From the IMG/VR virus record IMGVR_UViG_3300013307_000003, positions 8,530 through 72,529 of that record: a stretch of 64,000 nt of DNA; one strand, 5' to 3'. This DNA comes from a virus. Numbering within the stretch: position 1 is the first letter of the stretch; each line of letters starts with the position of its first letter. Below, in pieces: positions 30,577-39,811 of this stretch. The notes under the pieces are model-generated. The model was given only the letters and a program-made list of their open reading frames with translations, was not told the origin of the DNA and did no database searches. The translations under genes and the position numbers were made by a program.

Positions 30577-30822
30577 ATGAAGATCGAAGACACCGTGACA
30601 ATCACACAGGCGGCGGCGATTATGGCTGTCAGCCGTCAATCCGTCCACAATGCTATCAAAGCTGGCAAGATCAAGGTGATGATCGAAATTGCGGGTCGGA
30701 AATTGCTTCGGCGTGCTGACGTGGAAGCGTACAAGGCGCGGGCCACCACCACCACCGACGGCGCGAGCGGGGCACGACGGCAGCGACGACCAGGGCGAGA
30801 GGGAGGAGCGGAGAAGTCATGA
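30577..30822 (+). CDS. excisionase-like HTH_17 DNA-binding protein
   Basis: TITQAAAIMAVSRQSVHNAIKAGKI..LRRADVEAY; AGGAGGT RBS. Confidence 0.75.
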   Translation: MKIEDTVTITQAAAIMAVSRQSVHNAIKAGKIKVMIEIAGRKLLRRADVEAYKARATTTTDGASGARRQRRPGREGGAEKS

Positions 30823-31265
30823 TCGACTACGTTTGTTCGATGTGCGGCGCACGCGGCGTAAAACTGTGGCGGCAGACAAATACTTGCGCGATTGCCATTG
30901 ATTTACTGTGTGCTCCTTGCGCCTGCATCGATCAGAAAACAAATTTGGTCCCTAACGTAGAGGGCATGATTGAAAAAGAAGACGGCTGGGTTAGCGATCA
31001 ATTCCCGTTTCTCGTGCCTGCTGTGCCGACGCCCGACAATGAAACCTATTGGGGATATACTTCCGTGCCCGAAGACGGTGTTCTATGGTGGAAATCTCTT
31101 CCGACGTGGCCGCCGCCAAAGCCGCCCGACCACGCCCGCACGACACTCCAGGCAATCGCCGACGCCGAACCCGCCACGATCCTCGCACACGGCTACTACG
31201 AAGCGCCGTGCGATGGGTGTCGGGAGTTGATCGCGCTGGCGCGGGAGGGGCTTGAGCATCAGTAG
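30819..31265 (+). CDS. Cys-rich hypothetical protein
   Basis: CxxC..KLWR..WGYTSVP. Confidence 0.6.
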   Translation: MIDYVCSMCGARGVKLWRQTNTCAIAIDLLCAPCACIDQKTNLVPNVEGMIEKEDGWVSDQFPFLVPAVPTPDNETYWGYTSVPEDGVLWWKSLPTWPPPKPPDHARTTLQAIADAEPATILAHGYYEAPCDGCRELIALAREGLEHQ

Positions 31266-31299
31266 AAGGACATTTCCAAATCTCGACTGATTTTGATTT

Positions 31300-31713
31300 A
31301 TGGACAAATCAAACACGGACGAGGTTATTGCGCGGCGGCTGTGCGAGCAGAAGTATATTCGAGACTGCGAACTCGACTGCTGGCTCCGGTCGCGGGCAGG
31401 CGAGACGCTAATTTCCATGAAGCGCGACTACCCTAACGAGTTGCGCCCCGGCAAGTTCTACTACGAGAGCACGCTCTATCGGTGGTGCCAGAAGGTTGAC
31501 CAGGCGATAGCGGACGCGCGGCTCGTGACTGCGCCCGAAGACAAGCCACGCGAGCGAAATCCGTTTAAAATTTCGCTCGCGACCGGTTCCCTCGTTCACG
31601 AGGCGGACGACGGAACGCCACAAGGCAAAGTCGCGACCGAGGGCAGCTCGTGGAACAGTGAGCGATTGCGCGTGGTCGGGGCGGTAGACCGTCACAGCCG
31701 GAAACGTCTCTAG
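31300..31713 (+). CDS. hypothetical protein, possibly HTH
   Basis: ESTLYRW recognition-helix-like segment. Confidence 0.45.
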   Translation: MDKSNTDEVIARRLCEQKYIRDCELDCWLRSRAGETLISMKRDYPNELRPGKFYYESTLYRWCQKVDQAIADARLVTAPEDKPRERNPFKISLATGSLVHEADDGTPQGKVATEGSSWNSERLRVVGAVDRHSRKRL

Positions 31714-32527
31714 ACAATATGCTCTTCGATCATCCACCGCGTTAGATGCTTTCTGACCTCCTCGGTGGGCAAGGAGCGCAGCCAGTCGTAGAGCGTGCGC
31801 GGGAGTTTGATGCTGTAGACCGTGCCGTCGCCGACCGTGCGCGGCCTGCCACCCTTGCGGGCGTTGACTGGGCTGGTGACGGCGCGGCGGTCCTTAATCT
31901 TGCCCACTGGTTTGTTCCTCCGCCTCAAGCGCCTTCTGGATCAGCTCTACCGCGCGTTTCGTTTCGGCCTGTCCGTAGTGGCTAAACACCTGGATAATCG
32001 GCGTCCGGGGCATATCTGGCCGCACGAACACGACGCGGCCTTTGATATTGCATAGGATGTATCGCGGCATTGGTTGTCTCCCTGGTAAACTGAGTATGCC
32101 CGCTGTCTCCTGGCGGGCCGGGGGCGGCCGGTTCCAGCGGCGCGCCCCGCATACATCCAACCTACTCGTCGATCCGCTTGCCGGTGATGTAAATCTGCGC
32201 GGCGTTGCCGGGGCATCCAACCATCTCAACAGCATTATTGAGATAGTTAGCGACGTGGACCATATCGTTCTTGCGCTCACCCTGGGCGTACCCGTCCGGA
32301 TTGCCATCCTCGAAGAACTCATCGAGTGTGCAGGTGATATTACCGTCGTTCGACCAGTCGGGCGTCCACTCGCCCCACAGTCGCGCGTCCTGCTCAAACT
32401 TGCCCGGTTCGCCCGGAACGCTGCAAATCACTTTGTCGTCACCTACGAGGTACAGGTGCAATAGCCCTGCGTTGTCCTCGTACAGTCGCACGGTCTCAGT
32501 CGCGGTGGTGATTGTGGGTGCGATCAT
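31710..32527 (-). other. small leftward operon (31710-31907 with NARKGGRPR and RHH-like tail; 31894-32070; 32162-32527)
   Basis: Driven by TTGACA-17-TAAAAT at 32599-32627. Confidence 0.55.
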
Positions 32528-32719
32528 CTTCGTAATCTCCTCTTCGTCGCGGCGATCGCGGTTCCAGCGCGGCTCGCCTGTGTGTTTGTGATAGGTTAAT
32601 TTTACAATACCTAGTACCGGTTGTCAAGGGGTAAAACTAGGTATTTTGTAAAAAACTGAAAAATAGTTACAAAAAACCGAGCACTTGACAAAATTGAACT
32701 GCTTGCAGTAGAATTGCAG

Positions 32720-32793
32720 TGGAGATAGTTGCGTCTCACACCTTTGCACAGAGCAGGCTCGCCATCCATTGTGGAGGCGAGCCTGTTTTCTTT
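32720..32793 (+). ncRNA. putative small RNA with its own promoter and terminator
   Basis: TTGACA (32685-90)-18-TAGAAT (32709-14); GCAGGCTCGCC/GGCGAGCCTGT hairpin plus T-run; no ORF. Confidence 0.5.
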
Positions 32794-32842
32794 GTCCGCC
32801 TTCCTTCCACCCCACTCCCGTCGCCTGTCTCCCGACGGCTCT

Positions 32843-32897
32843 AAAAGCGGCCGCGCTCGGTTTACTCCTTTCCGGGTGCGGTCGCTTTCTTTTTCTC
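32843..32897. terminator. probably bidirectional intrinsic terminator
   Basis: AAAAGCGGCCGCGCTCGG...CCGGGTGCGGTCGCTTTCTTTTT. Confidence 0.6.
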
Positions 32898-32970
32898 AGG
32901 GTGTGGGTGAGTAGATCAGGATTAGTGTTGCGCCGTTGTTGGTCTCGGCGTAGACGCGGACCGGATCAAT

Positions 32971-34897
32971 TTACTTGTTGAATTCTGCGTGTACCTGTTC
33001 CGCGACGTAATCCGCGTAAAGCCGGAACATGCGCGGATCATCCTTGATCGTCGTCAGCACGCGAACAACCTCCAGGCTTTCGCGCTGTTCCCTGGCGAGC
33101 GTCGTGCCTTCGTGGTTGCAGAGCTGTGCGATCTGGTTTAGCTTGATCGTCATTTCGGCGAATACCGGACTGTTGCTGATGGCGTGTTGGATGTGGAGTG
33201 GTATCTCGTTCACGGCGTGTCTCCTTTCGCGCCGAACACGACGCAGAGCAGCAGGAGGAGGCAGGCGAGGGCGGTGAGGATCATGGCGCACCTGTCGCCT
33301 TTCGGATCGCGTCGTTTGCGTCGTCCAGCGCCTTGATTGTTTCCGGCGAAAGTTCGTCTTCGTTTACGTCCGGGCAGTTCACGAGGCGACGAAGGGCAGC
33401 GAGCAGTTCCGGGGCCGCAGCAAGCAGCCGACCGTTCGCCTCAGCGTCAATCCTCGTGCGATCCAGCGCGGATGTGTGAACGGCAGCGATAATCAACCCG
33501 TTCTTTCGGATGACGTGCTTATCGTAGTATTTGCGCGATGCGTCGTTTTGCCAGGGTCCGGGTGTTGGCGTGCTGACTGGTTGTTGAGTGCGTGCCATAA
33601 TGTTCTGTCCTTTCTTGACGGGAGGGACGAGGTGCGGCCGGGGGAACTGTGCAGGTTCTTACCGGCCATTACTTTGAGTGTGTGACTTACTATCTGCGAT
33701 AGATCACGGTTTGCGTACCGTTAAATCGATAATTGCGGAATGTGCCTTCCCAGCGAAATACTGCGCCTTCAGGCAGGGATCGGTCGTCGAATACAAATTC
33801 GTTCATGGCGTCGAACAGCCACGGGCTATCGGGCAACTCGCCAAAGTCGCTATCAATGATGGTCATGTCGCCGTACACTGTGAGCGTGAACACGATGTAG
33901 CCACGATAAGTCTTGTTTTGTTCAGGTGCAAGGTGGCCCCAAGTGTTCTTGTGGGCAATACGACGGTTTTCTAGTTCTACCGGCGCGAACGCAGTGCCCA
34001 TGTAGTTGCATGGGTCATAGGCCACTGAATTGAGTACTCCCATTATAAACCTCCCTCGTTGTCTGTGCAATGCGGATGTACCAGGGTTAAAACCCGCAGG
34101 CCGGTCGCGAACACGGCGTGGAAGTCGTTGGCTTCGTGTGCGGGTGGGCGTGTCTACTCCCACATAGCAGCAGAACATGAGATAGCGTGTTCGCCGCGTC
34201 CTAGAATGTCTGCTAGAGGCTCAGGAACGACATGCTGAACTGATCTCCATGCGGTATCGGGCAACAGGTGCTCTAACTGTTTCGGCCCGGTGAATTCGTA
34301 AATCGCATCGAAGTCGAATTGGTTGTACGGCTTGCCAGTGAAGGTCACGACTTCGCGCTGGTCTGTCCAATTACCGCAACAGTCTTTTGTCTGTTCCTTC
34401 ACGCCGACATAAGCGCGGTCTTTGTAGAAGCGTGCAACCAGTTTCATGCTCATTGTTCGTTTCCTTTCGTGTTTAGCGAGCGGAGGTGTCATTCTCTGAC
34501 GGCGGTAACAGTCTTAGATGTGGCAACAAACGCCGTTCGTGCTTGCCATTGTCTCTATCTCCTTGTGTATTCGATGCGTACGATAAACCAGCAGGCAGGC
34601 AGCGAACCTGCAATCCATCCTCTGTCTGCTAGTGGCAAGCTATACTTCGCGTTCTGCGCAGAACCGTTCGTATTCTCGCTCGCGAATAAGATGTTCGTGC
34701 TGATACTCTACGATGCGTTCCCAGTCCCAGGTTTGCGCGTGGATGTACGAGCCTAGTTGCTCGCTCGCAATGATCGAATGATAGAGCATTCCTACATTGT
34801 CCGCGTCAACTGTCTGAGCGAGTATCACGACCTGCCCAGTGGCAAACTTCTGTTCGTGGATAACATCCATTGTTTCGTGGATCTGCTGAATGGTCAT
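32971..34897 (-). other. run of hypothetical early genes (32971-33213, 33210-33284, 33281-33598, 33690-34043, 34154-34453, 34640-34897)
   Basis: RBSs and coupled codons; promoter at 35108-35136. Confidence 0.55.
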
Positions 34898-35107
34898 TGC
34901 GCTTCTCCGTTCAATTCGTTTAGCTCAAAAGAGTTTGTCCGGTTGCAGTCGATGCCTGTAAATGCGTGAGCGTAACAGGGTGTCCGCCGGTGCTATCTTT
35001 TTGTTGCTAGGTGGGGGAAACTCACATCCGGCTTTTCCTGCTTGGTAACAGGTAGAGGTTGGTACCGTTCCGGGATGTCTCTGTATTCAGTTCGTTCTTA
35101 CATCTAC

Positions 35108-35431
35108 AGTATACGCTATCTGTTAGCGTGTGTCAAGACATATTTTGTCTACATGTAGAAAATAGTTGAAAAAAACCTAGGTGGTCTCTTCGGCCGCTTC
35201 GCGCGCTCGCCGTGCCGCTTGCGCTGCCTTCATCTTGGCGCGCGTCTCGGCGCTGAATACGCGGCCACGTTGGAGATCAGCAGAAGCGCGTCCGTTGTCG
35301 GCGCTCTGTTTCTTCTTCTTCTCGGATGTTCGCGATCCGAGGATAGACATCACTTCGCGGATTTTCTCGGTTTCGTCCATTGTCGATAATCCTCCGTATA
35401 AGAGGATACACTATCTGTTAGGGTTTGTCAA
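35108..35431 (-). promoter_or_regulatory. twin leftward promoters sharing spacer motif CTAACAGATAG
   Basis: TTGACA-17-TATACT (35108-36) and TTGACA-17-TATCCT (35403-31). Confidence 0.75.
35177..35380 (-). CDS. small basic DNA-binding protein (NUMOD3-like tail)
   Basis: MSILGSRTSEKKK..NG; SAETRAKMK; GGAGG RBS. Confidence 0.65.
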   Translation of the reverse strand: MDETEKIREVMSILGSRTSEKKKKQSADNGRASADLQRGRVFSAETRAKMKAAQAARRAREAAEETT

Positions 35432-35441
35432 ATAATGAGGG

Positions 35442-36146
35442 ATGGGTAATACCGTGGGAGACCTGGCGATAGCCGTGCAACAGTCTATGTCACAACAGAC
35501 ACCCGGTGTCAATCGGATGTGTACAGCAAAGTCAAAACGCCACGGAGGACCGTGCGGACGACCCGCGATGATAGGCAAGTCGGTCTGCTATCACCACGGC
35601 GGAAGGTCGCCTGGCGGTATCGCATCTGCTACCTATAAACATGGTGGCAGTAGCAAGTTCATTCCGGCTAGACTGCAGGACAGCTACCGCGAATCGATGA
35701 ACGATCCGAACATCCTTTCGCTCACATCTGCTATTGCTCTGCTTCAGGCACGCTTCTGGGATGTACTATCCGCCACTTCACAAGAGGAGAGTGGAGCGCT
35801 CTGGCAAGCCCTTCACGACCACGCACAGACCTACCGTAACGCCTTTGGCAAGGATGCAGCACAGACGCGCGAACGCGCCTTAAATGCCATCCTGGATGCG
35901 ATAGACGCAGGATACAACGAACGGGCTGCCTGGCAGGAGTTACGCCAGATAACGCAGGAAATACGGCTGCTGAAGGAGAGCGAGCGGAAACACCTCGTAG
36001 ACAGCCAGCAAATGATAAGCGTACAGCAGGCAATGGTTATGCTCGGCGCGGTAACTCACATCATACGTACGCACGTGACGGACCCCAAAGCCCTTGACGG
36101 CATCAGTCGCGAGCTTGCGCAACTGGTCAACGCCCCTCCAAAGTAG
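35442..36146 (+). CDS. putative terminase small subunit (HGGxSTG-like zinc motif)
   Basis: CTAKSKR..PC..CYHHGGRS..YKHG; first gene of late arm. Confidence 0.55.
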   Translation: MGNTVGDLAIAVQQSMSQQTPGVNRMCTAKSKRHGGPCGRPAMIGKSVCYHHGGRSPGGIASATYKHGGSSKFIPARLQDSYRESMNDPNILSLTSAIALLQARFWDVLSATSQEESGALWQALHDHAQTYRNAFGKDAAQTRERALNAILDAIDAGYNERAAWQELRQITQEIRLLKESERKHLVDSQQMISVQQAMVMLGAVTHIIRTHVTDPKALDGISRELAQLVNAPPK

Positions 36147-36180
36147 GCAGACACACGTCTGTAGTTATCACGTGTGCGCA

Positions 36181-36208
36181 ACGTCCGATAATAAACGGTA
36201 TGTTACGT
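36181..36208 (+). other. dif-like (XerC/XerD) 28-bp site
   Basis: ACGTCCGATAA-TAAACG-GTATGTTACGT; compare E. coli dif GGTGCGCATAA-TGTATA-TTATGTTAAAT. Confidence 0.55.
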
Positions 36209-36575
36209 AGTCTAGTACCGACCAGTCCTGACAGTAGACGCGTGGCTGCAAGTCAGGACCCCTACCCGGTACCCGTGGCGTCATGAACGGCGAGGGGGTA
36301 GGCGATGGTGGGAAAGCACCCCCAAAAAAGTCGCGGTAATTTTTCGGTCGAGGTTGGATCGTAAATACGGCGATGGTGGCGGATTAGTACCACCTTGGGA
36401 ATTCTGTTCTGCCTATGTATTAGAGAGTTAATATACTAATACAGTGTAGATAGCGCGCGTGCGCGTTTTAGAACGTTAGAAAAGTGTTCAGACTCTGAAC
36501 AGAGTTTGGGTAAAGAAACAACGAGAGCCGATCCTTTTGCGGAGGATCGGCTCTTATAACGTGAAGGAGGTTGCA

Positions 36576-37115
36576 GTGCTGGCTACAACGACCGACGGTT
36601 CAAGTGTACCTGCTATGGGTTTGCGTGTCAAGAATGTAATCGTGGATGCGCTGACGGGTCACGCTGTCCGTGTTCACGAGATCGGGATGAGTGTTTCGTC
36701 GGAGAGTTCTGACGAAGAGGTGTTTGCGGCGATAAGCGCGGTGCGTGACGTGGAGGCTCAGACGCGGCTCCGGTCCTGCTTCTGCCAGGGAGACGCCTAC
36801 AGCCAGGCGCGCAGGCGTTCTGGGAATGAAATCCAGTTTGCGAAGGCTTTCAAGCGGAAGTTCGGGTCGAAGGTCTTCAACGACGTTCGGCGATGTGGGT
36901 GGGTCGCCGAGAAGTGGCCGATCGGCAAGCGTCGTGCAGACAAGAGTTGGAACTGGCACATCAAGACGCCGCCGGACGGACCCGCGAAGCCTGACAAGCA
37001 GCGACCGGATATTCCGCTCAAGGTGGTCGAAACGCTGGAAGTCGAGGGTGTCTGGGAGGTTCGGCTTGTGGATGATTACGGGCGGCGGTATGTCGGGAAA
37101 GTGGTGGCGGAATGA
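36576..37115 (+). CDS. hypothetical protein
   Basis: AAGGAGGT RBS after a 12-bp hairpin (36524-54). Confidence 0.6.
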   Translation: MLATTTDGSSVPAMGLRVKNVIVDALTGHAVRVHEIGMSVSSESSDEEVFAAISAVRDVEAQTRLRSCFCQGDAYSQARRRSGNEIQFAKAFKRKFGSKVFNDVRRCGWVAEKWPIGKRRADKSWNWHIKTPPDGPAKPDKQRPDIPLKVVETLEVEGVWEVRLVDDYGRRYVGKVVAE

Positions 37116-38261
37116 CCGGATACCGACCAATCAATACTGCGAAGCCAGAGGATCGTGTTCCACCGTCATCGAGCGTGACGGAGATTGTGCCCGACGGCAT
37201 TCCGATCGGTCAGCGGCCGACGAAGCCGTGCGAGCACTATTTCGAGCATTTACGGTCAGATACTGTCCTTGCTGATGTTCCTGAATCGGACAAGAAGATA
37301 CGGATCGGCGACGTTGATTTGTTCTACTGCCGCCGGTGTCTGGAGTATCGCGAGGTGAAACGATGATAATCAAGCGCGAACACACAGACCGCCGTGTCAT
37401 GCGAATGCCGGTGACGCCGGAAATGCTCGTCTTAATGTGCCGGTCGAACGAGCCGTGGCAGGTGATCGGGAATGCGCTGCCGGAAGATGCCCGCGCGGTC
37501 GGATCGTCGTACGACGCCATGCGGAACTGCTTTCAGGTGTTTATTCACAGTGCGGCATACGAGTTGGTGCCGGAGTACGCGGAAGTGCCGGAAGTCCCGA
37601 TGGTGACGTTTAAGCGGTGGGATGGATTGAAGTGATCGACTTCACGAACAGTACCTATTCAGATGCCGCGACTGAGCCTTGCTCGCTGGAAACCGTTAAG
37701 CAGATCATGGATTGGTTCGCCGACCGAATGCCTGCGATGGCGGTTTCGGTTTCGGTCCATCCTGACTACATCGACTTGTTCAAGGCGAACCTGCGTGAAG
37801 AAGGTTTTGTGAGAACCACAGACGTGAAGGGGTTGATGGGGCTGCCGGTGCTTGTCGATCCTGAGTTGAAAGGCGCGTGCTGGCGCGTGAATTACAACAA
37901 GTGACCCACCGCGACCGCATCTGGCAAGCCTTCCTGAAGACCCCGTACGCCCGTATGCAGACGGTTGCGGACATGGACGTGCTGTGCCAGTGGTGGTTTT
38001 TGAGGGGGATTGTGAGGCGTGCTAAACCCAATCGATGAGTTCATTGACGACGATATTCGAAAGATGAAGAAGGAAGCCATCCAGCAAATCCGCGATGCAA
38101 TTTGCTCCGCGCTTAACGAGCAGTTGAGTAAGGCGTTTCAACTCGAAAATTACGAGATCGAACAAAAGGTGCTGTGGGGGACGAACTGGCGCGATATTGT
38201 GTTCCAGCCGTTCGTTGATGCGATCTATCGAGGGCCGATGCAGGGATTGCAGATCGTCTGA
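37112..38261 (+). other. small hypothetical genes between terS and terL (37112-37366, 37363-37635, 37632-37904, 38019-38261)
   Basis: Coupled start/stop codons. Confidence 0.55.
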
Positions 38262-39799
38262 TGCCAGCAGCCACACTAAAAGACGGCCGCACGCTCGCCC
38301 AATCGTGGTTCTCGGACCTCTCGTCGCGCCTCGTGGCCGACATCGCGTGCCAGGAGTACCGGACCGATCCGGTGACGTACGCGCGTGAAGTCCTGAAGGT
38401 CGTGTGGTGGCCGAAGCAGGTCGAGATTGTCGAGGCGCTCTTGAAGCACAAGAGAGTGCTGGTCAAGGCCGGACACAGTGTCGGGAAGTCCCACCTCGCG
38501 GGCGGCCTCGTGAACTGGTTCTACGACGCCTATCCGGTCGGACAGTGCATCACGACGGCCCCGACAAAGAACTCGGTGGTCGATGTCATCTGGAAAGAGA
38601 TACGCCTGCAGCGGCCGCCGTCGCTCCGTCACTGCATGTTGCCGAAAGCGCCGAGGATGGAGAGCAGCCCCGATCACGTCGCGATGGGCTTGACGGCCTC
38701 CAGTGACGCGGCTTTCCAGGGACGGCACGAGCAGGCGGTCTTCCTGCTCTACGATGAGTGCGTCGGCATCCAGTCGGATTACTGGATAGCGGGCGAAGCG
38801 ATGATGTCTTCGGATGTCGCGTACTGGCTGGCGCTCTGCAATCCGACCGACACCTCGTCAGTCGCGTACGACGAGTGCATCAGTTCCGGCAAGTGGCACG
38901 TCATCGATATCTCGTGCCTCGATCACCCGAATATCGCCGCTGAACTCGCAGGCAAGCCGAAGCCCTTCCCAAAGGCCGTTGACCTCAACTGGGTGGAGGG
39001 GCGTATCCGGGAGTGGTGCGAGCCGGTCAGCCACGAGGACAAGCGAAGTCGGGACTTCGAGTTCCCGAAAGGGAGCGGGACGTGGTACCGGCCGGGTCCG
39101 CTCGGAGAGAGCCGGTTGCTCGGCAGGTGGCCCTCTACGGGGGCAACCTCGGTTTGGTCCGACGCAGCGTGGCAGGCAGCCATGCACGAGCAGGAACTAC
39201 CGGAAGAAGGAACGACGTTTATCGGGTGCGACAAGGCGCGTTTCGGCGACGACTTCACGAGCTTCATCGTGCGCCGCGATTGCTGTGTCCTCCACCACGA
39301 GACGCACAACGGCTGGGATAATCTGCAGATCGCGGGTCGTCTCAAGCAGCTCGCGGAGCGCTTCCACGCGAAGGGTGAGAGTCCGCATCAGGTCAAGTGC
39401 CAGATAGACGACGTTCAGGGCGGCGTCGTGGACCTGCGCGGCCCCTACGACTTCAAGGAAATCAACAGCGCGAACAACGCCGTGCAGCGCAAAGACTATC
39501 CGAACAAGCGGTCCGAGTTGTGGTTTACGGTCGCCGAACGCGCCGATGCGGGCGACCTCGACCTGTCGCGCCTGACCCCACACTCCAAGACCCTCCTGCG
39601 CTCCCAGTGCATGTCGCCGACGTGGAAGGTGGACAGCCAGGGCCGTCGCGAAGTCGAAAAGAAGGCGGACACGAAGAAGCGGATCAAGCGAAGCCCAGAC
39701 GACGCGGACGCGCTCAACCTCGCGTTCGCGCTGCCGCCGCAGGTGAACCGGGTCGAGCGGGCGAGCGGCAAGGTTCGGAATAAGTTTACGTTTGCTTAA
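38261..39799 (+). CDS. terL: terminase large subunit
   Basis: Walker A AGHSVGKS, Walker B LLYDE, LCNP, nuclease GCDKARFGDD and SPDDADAL. Confidence 0.9.
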   Translation: MPAATLKDGRTLAQSWFSDLSSRLVADIACQEYRTDPVTYAREVLKVVWWPKQVEIVEALLKHKRVLVKAGHSVGKSHLAGGLVNWFYDAYPVGQCITTAPTKNSVVDVIWKEIRLQRPPSLRHCMLPKAPRMESSPDHVAMGLTASSDAAFQGRHEQAVFLLYDECVGIQSDYWIAGEAMMSSDVAYWLALCNPTDTSSVAYDECISSGKWHVIDISCLDHPNIAAELAGKPKPFPKAVDLNWVEGRIREWCEPVSHEDKRSRDFEFPKGSGTWYRPGPLGESRLLGRWPSTGATSVWSDAAWQAAMHEQELPEEGTTFIGCDKARFGDDFTSFIVRRDCCVLHHETHNGWDNLQIAGRLKQLAERFHAKGESPHQVKCQIDDVQGGVVDLRGPYDFKEINSANNAVQRKDYPNKRSELWFTVAERADAGDLDLSRLTPHSKTLLRSQCMSPTWKVDSQGRREVEKKADTKKRIKRSPDDADALNLAFALPPQVNRVERASGKVRNKFTFA

Positions 39800-39811
39800 G
39801 AAGGGGCGCGC

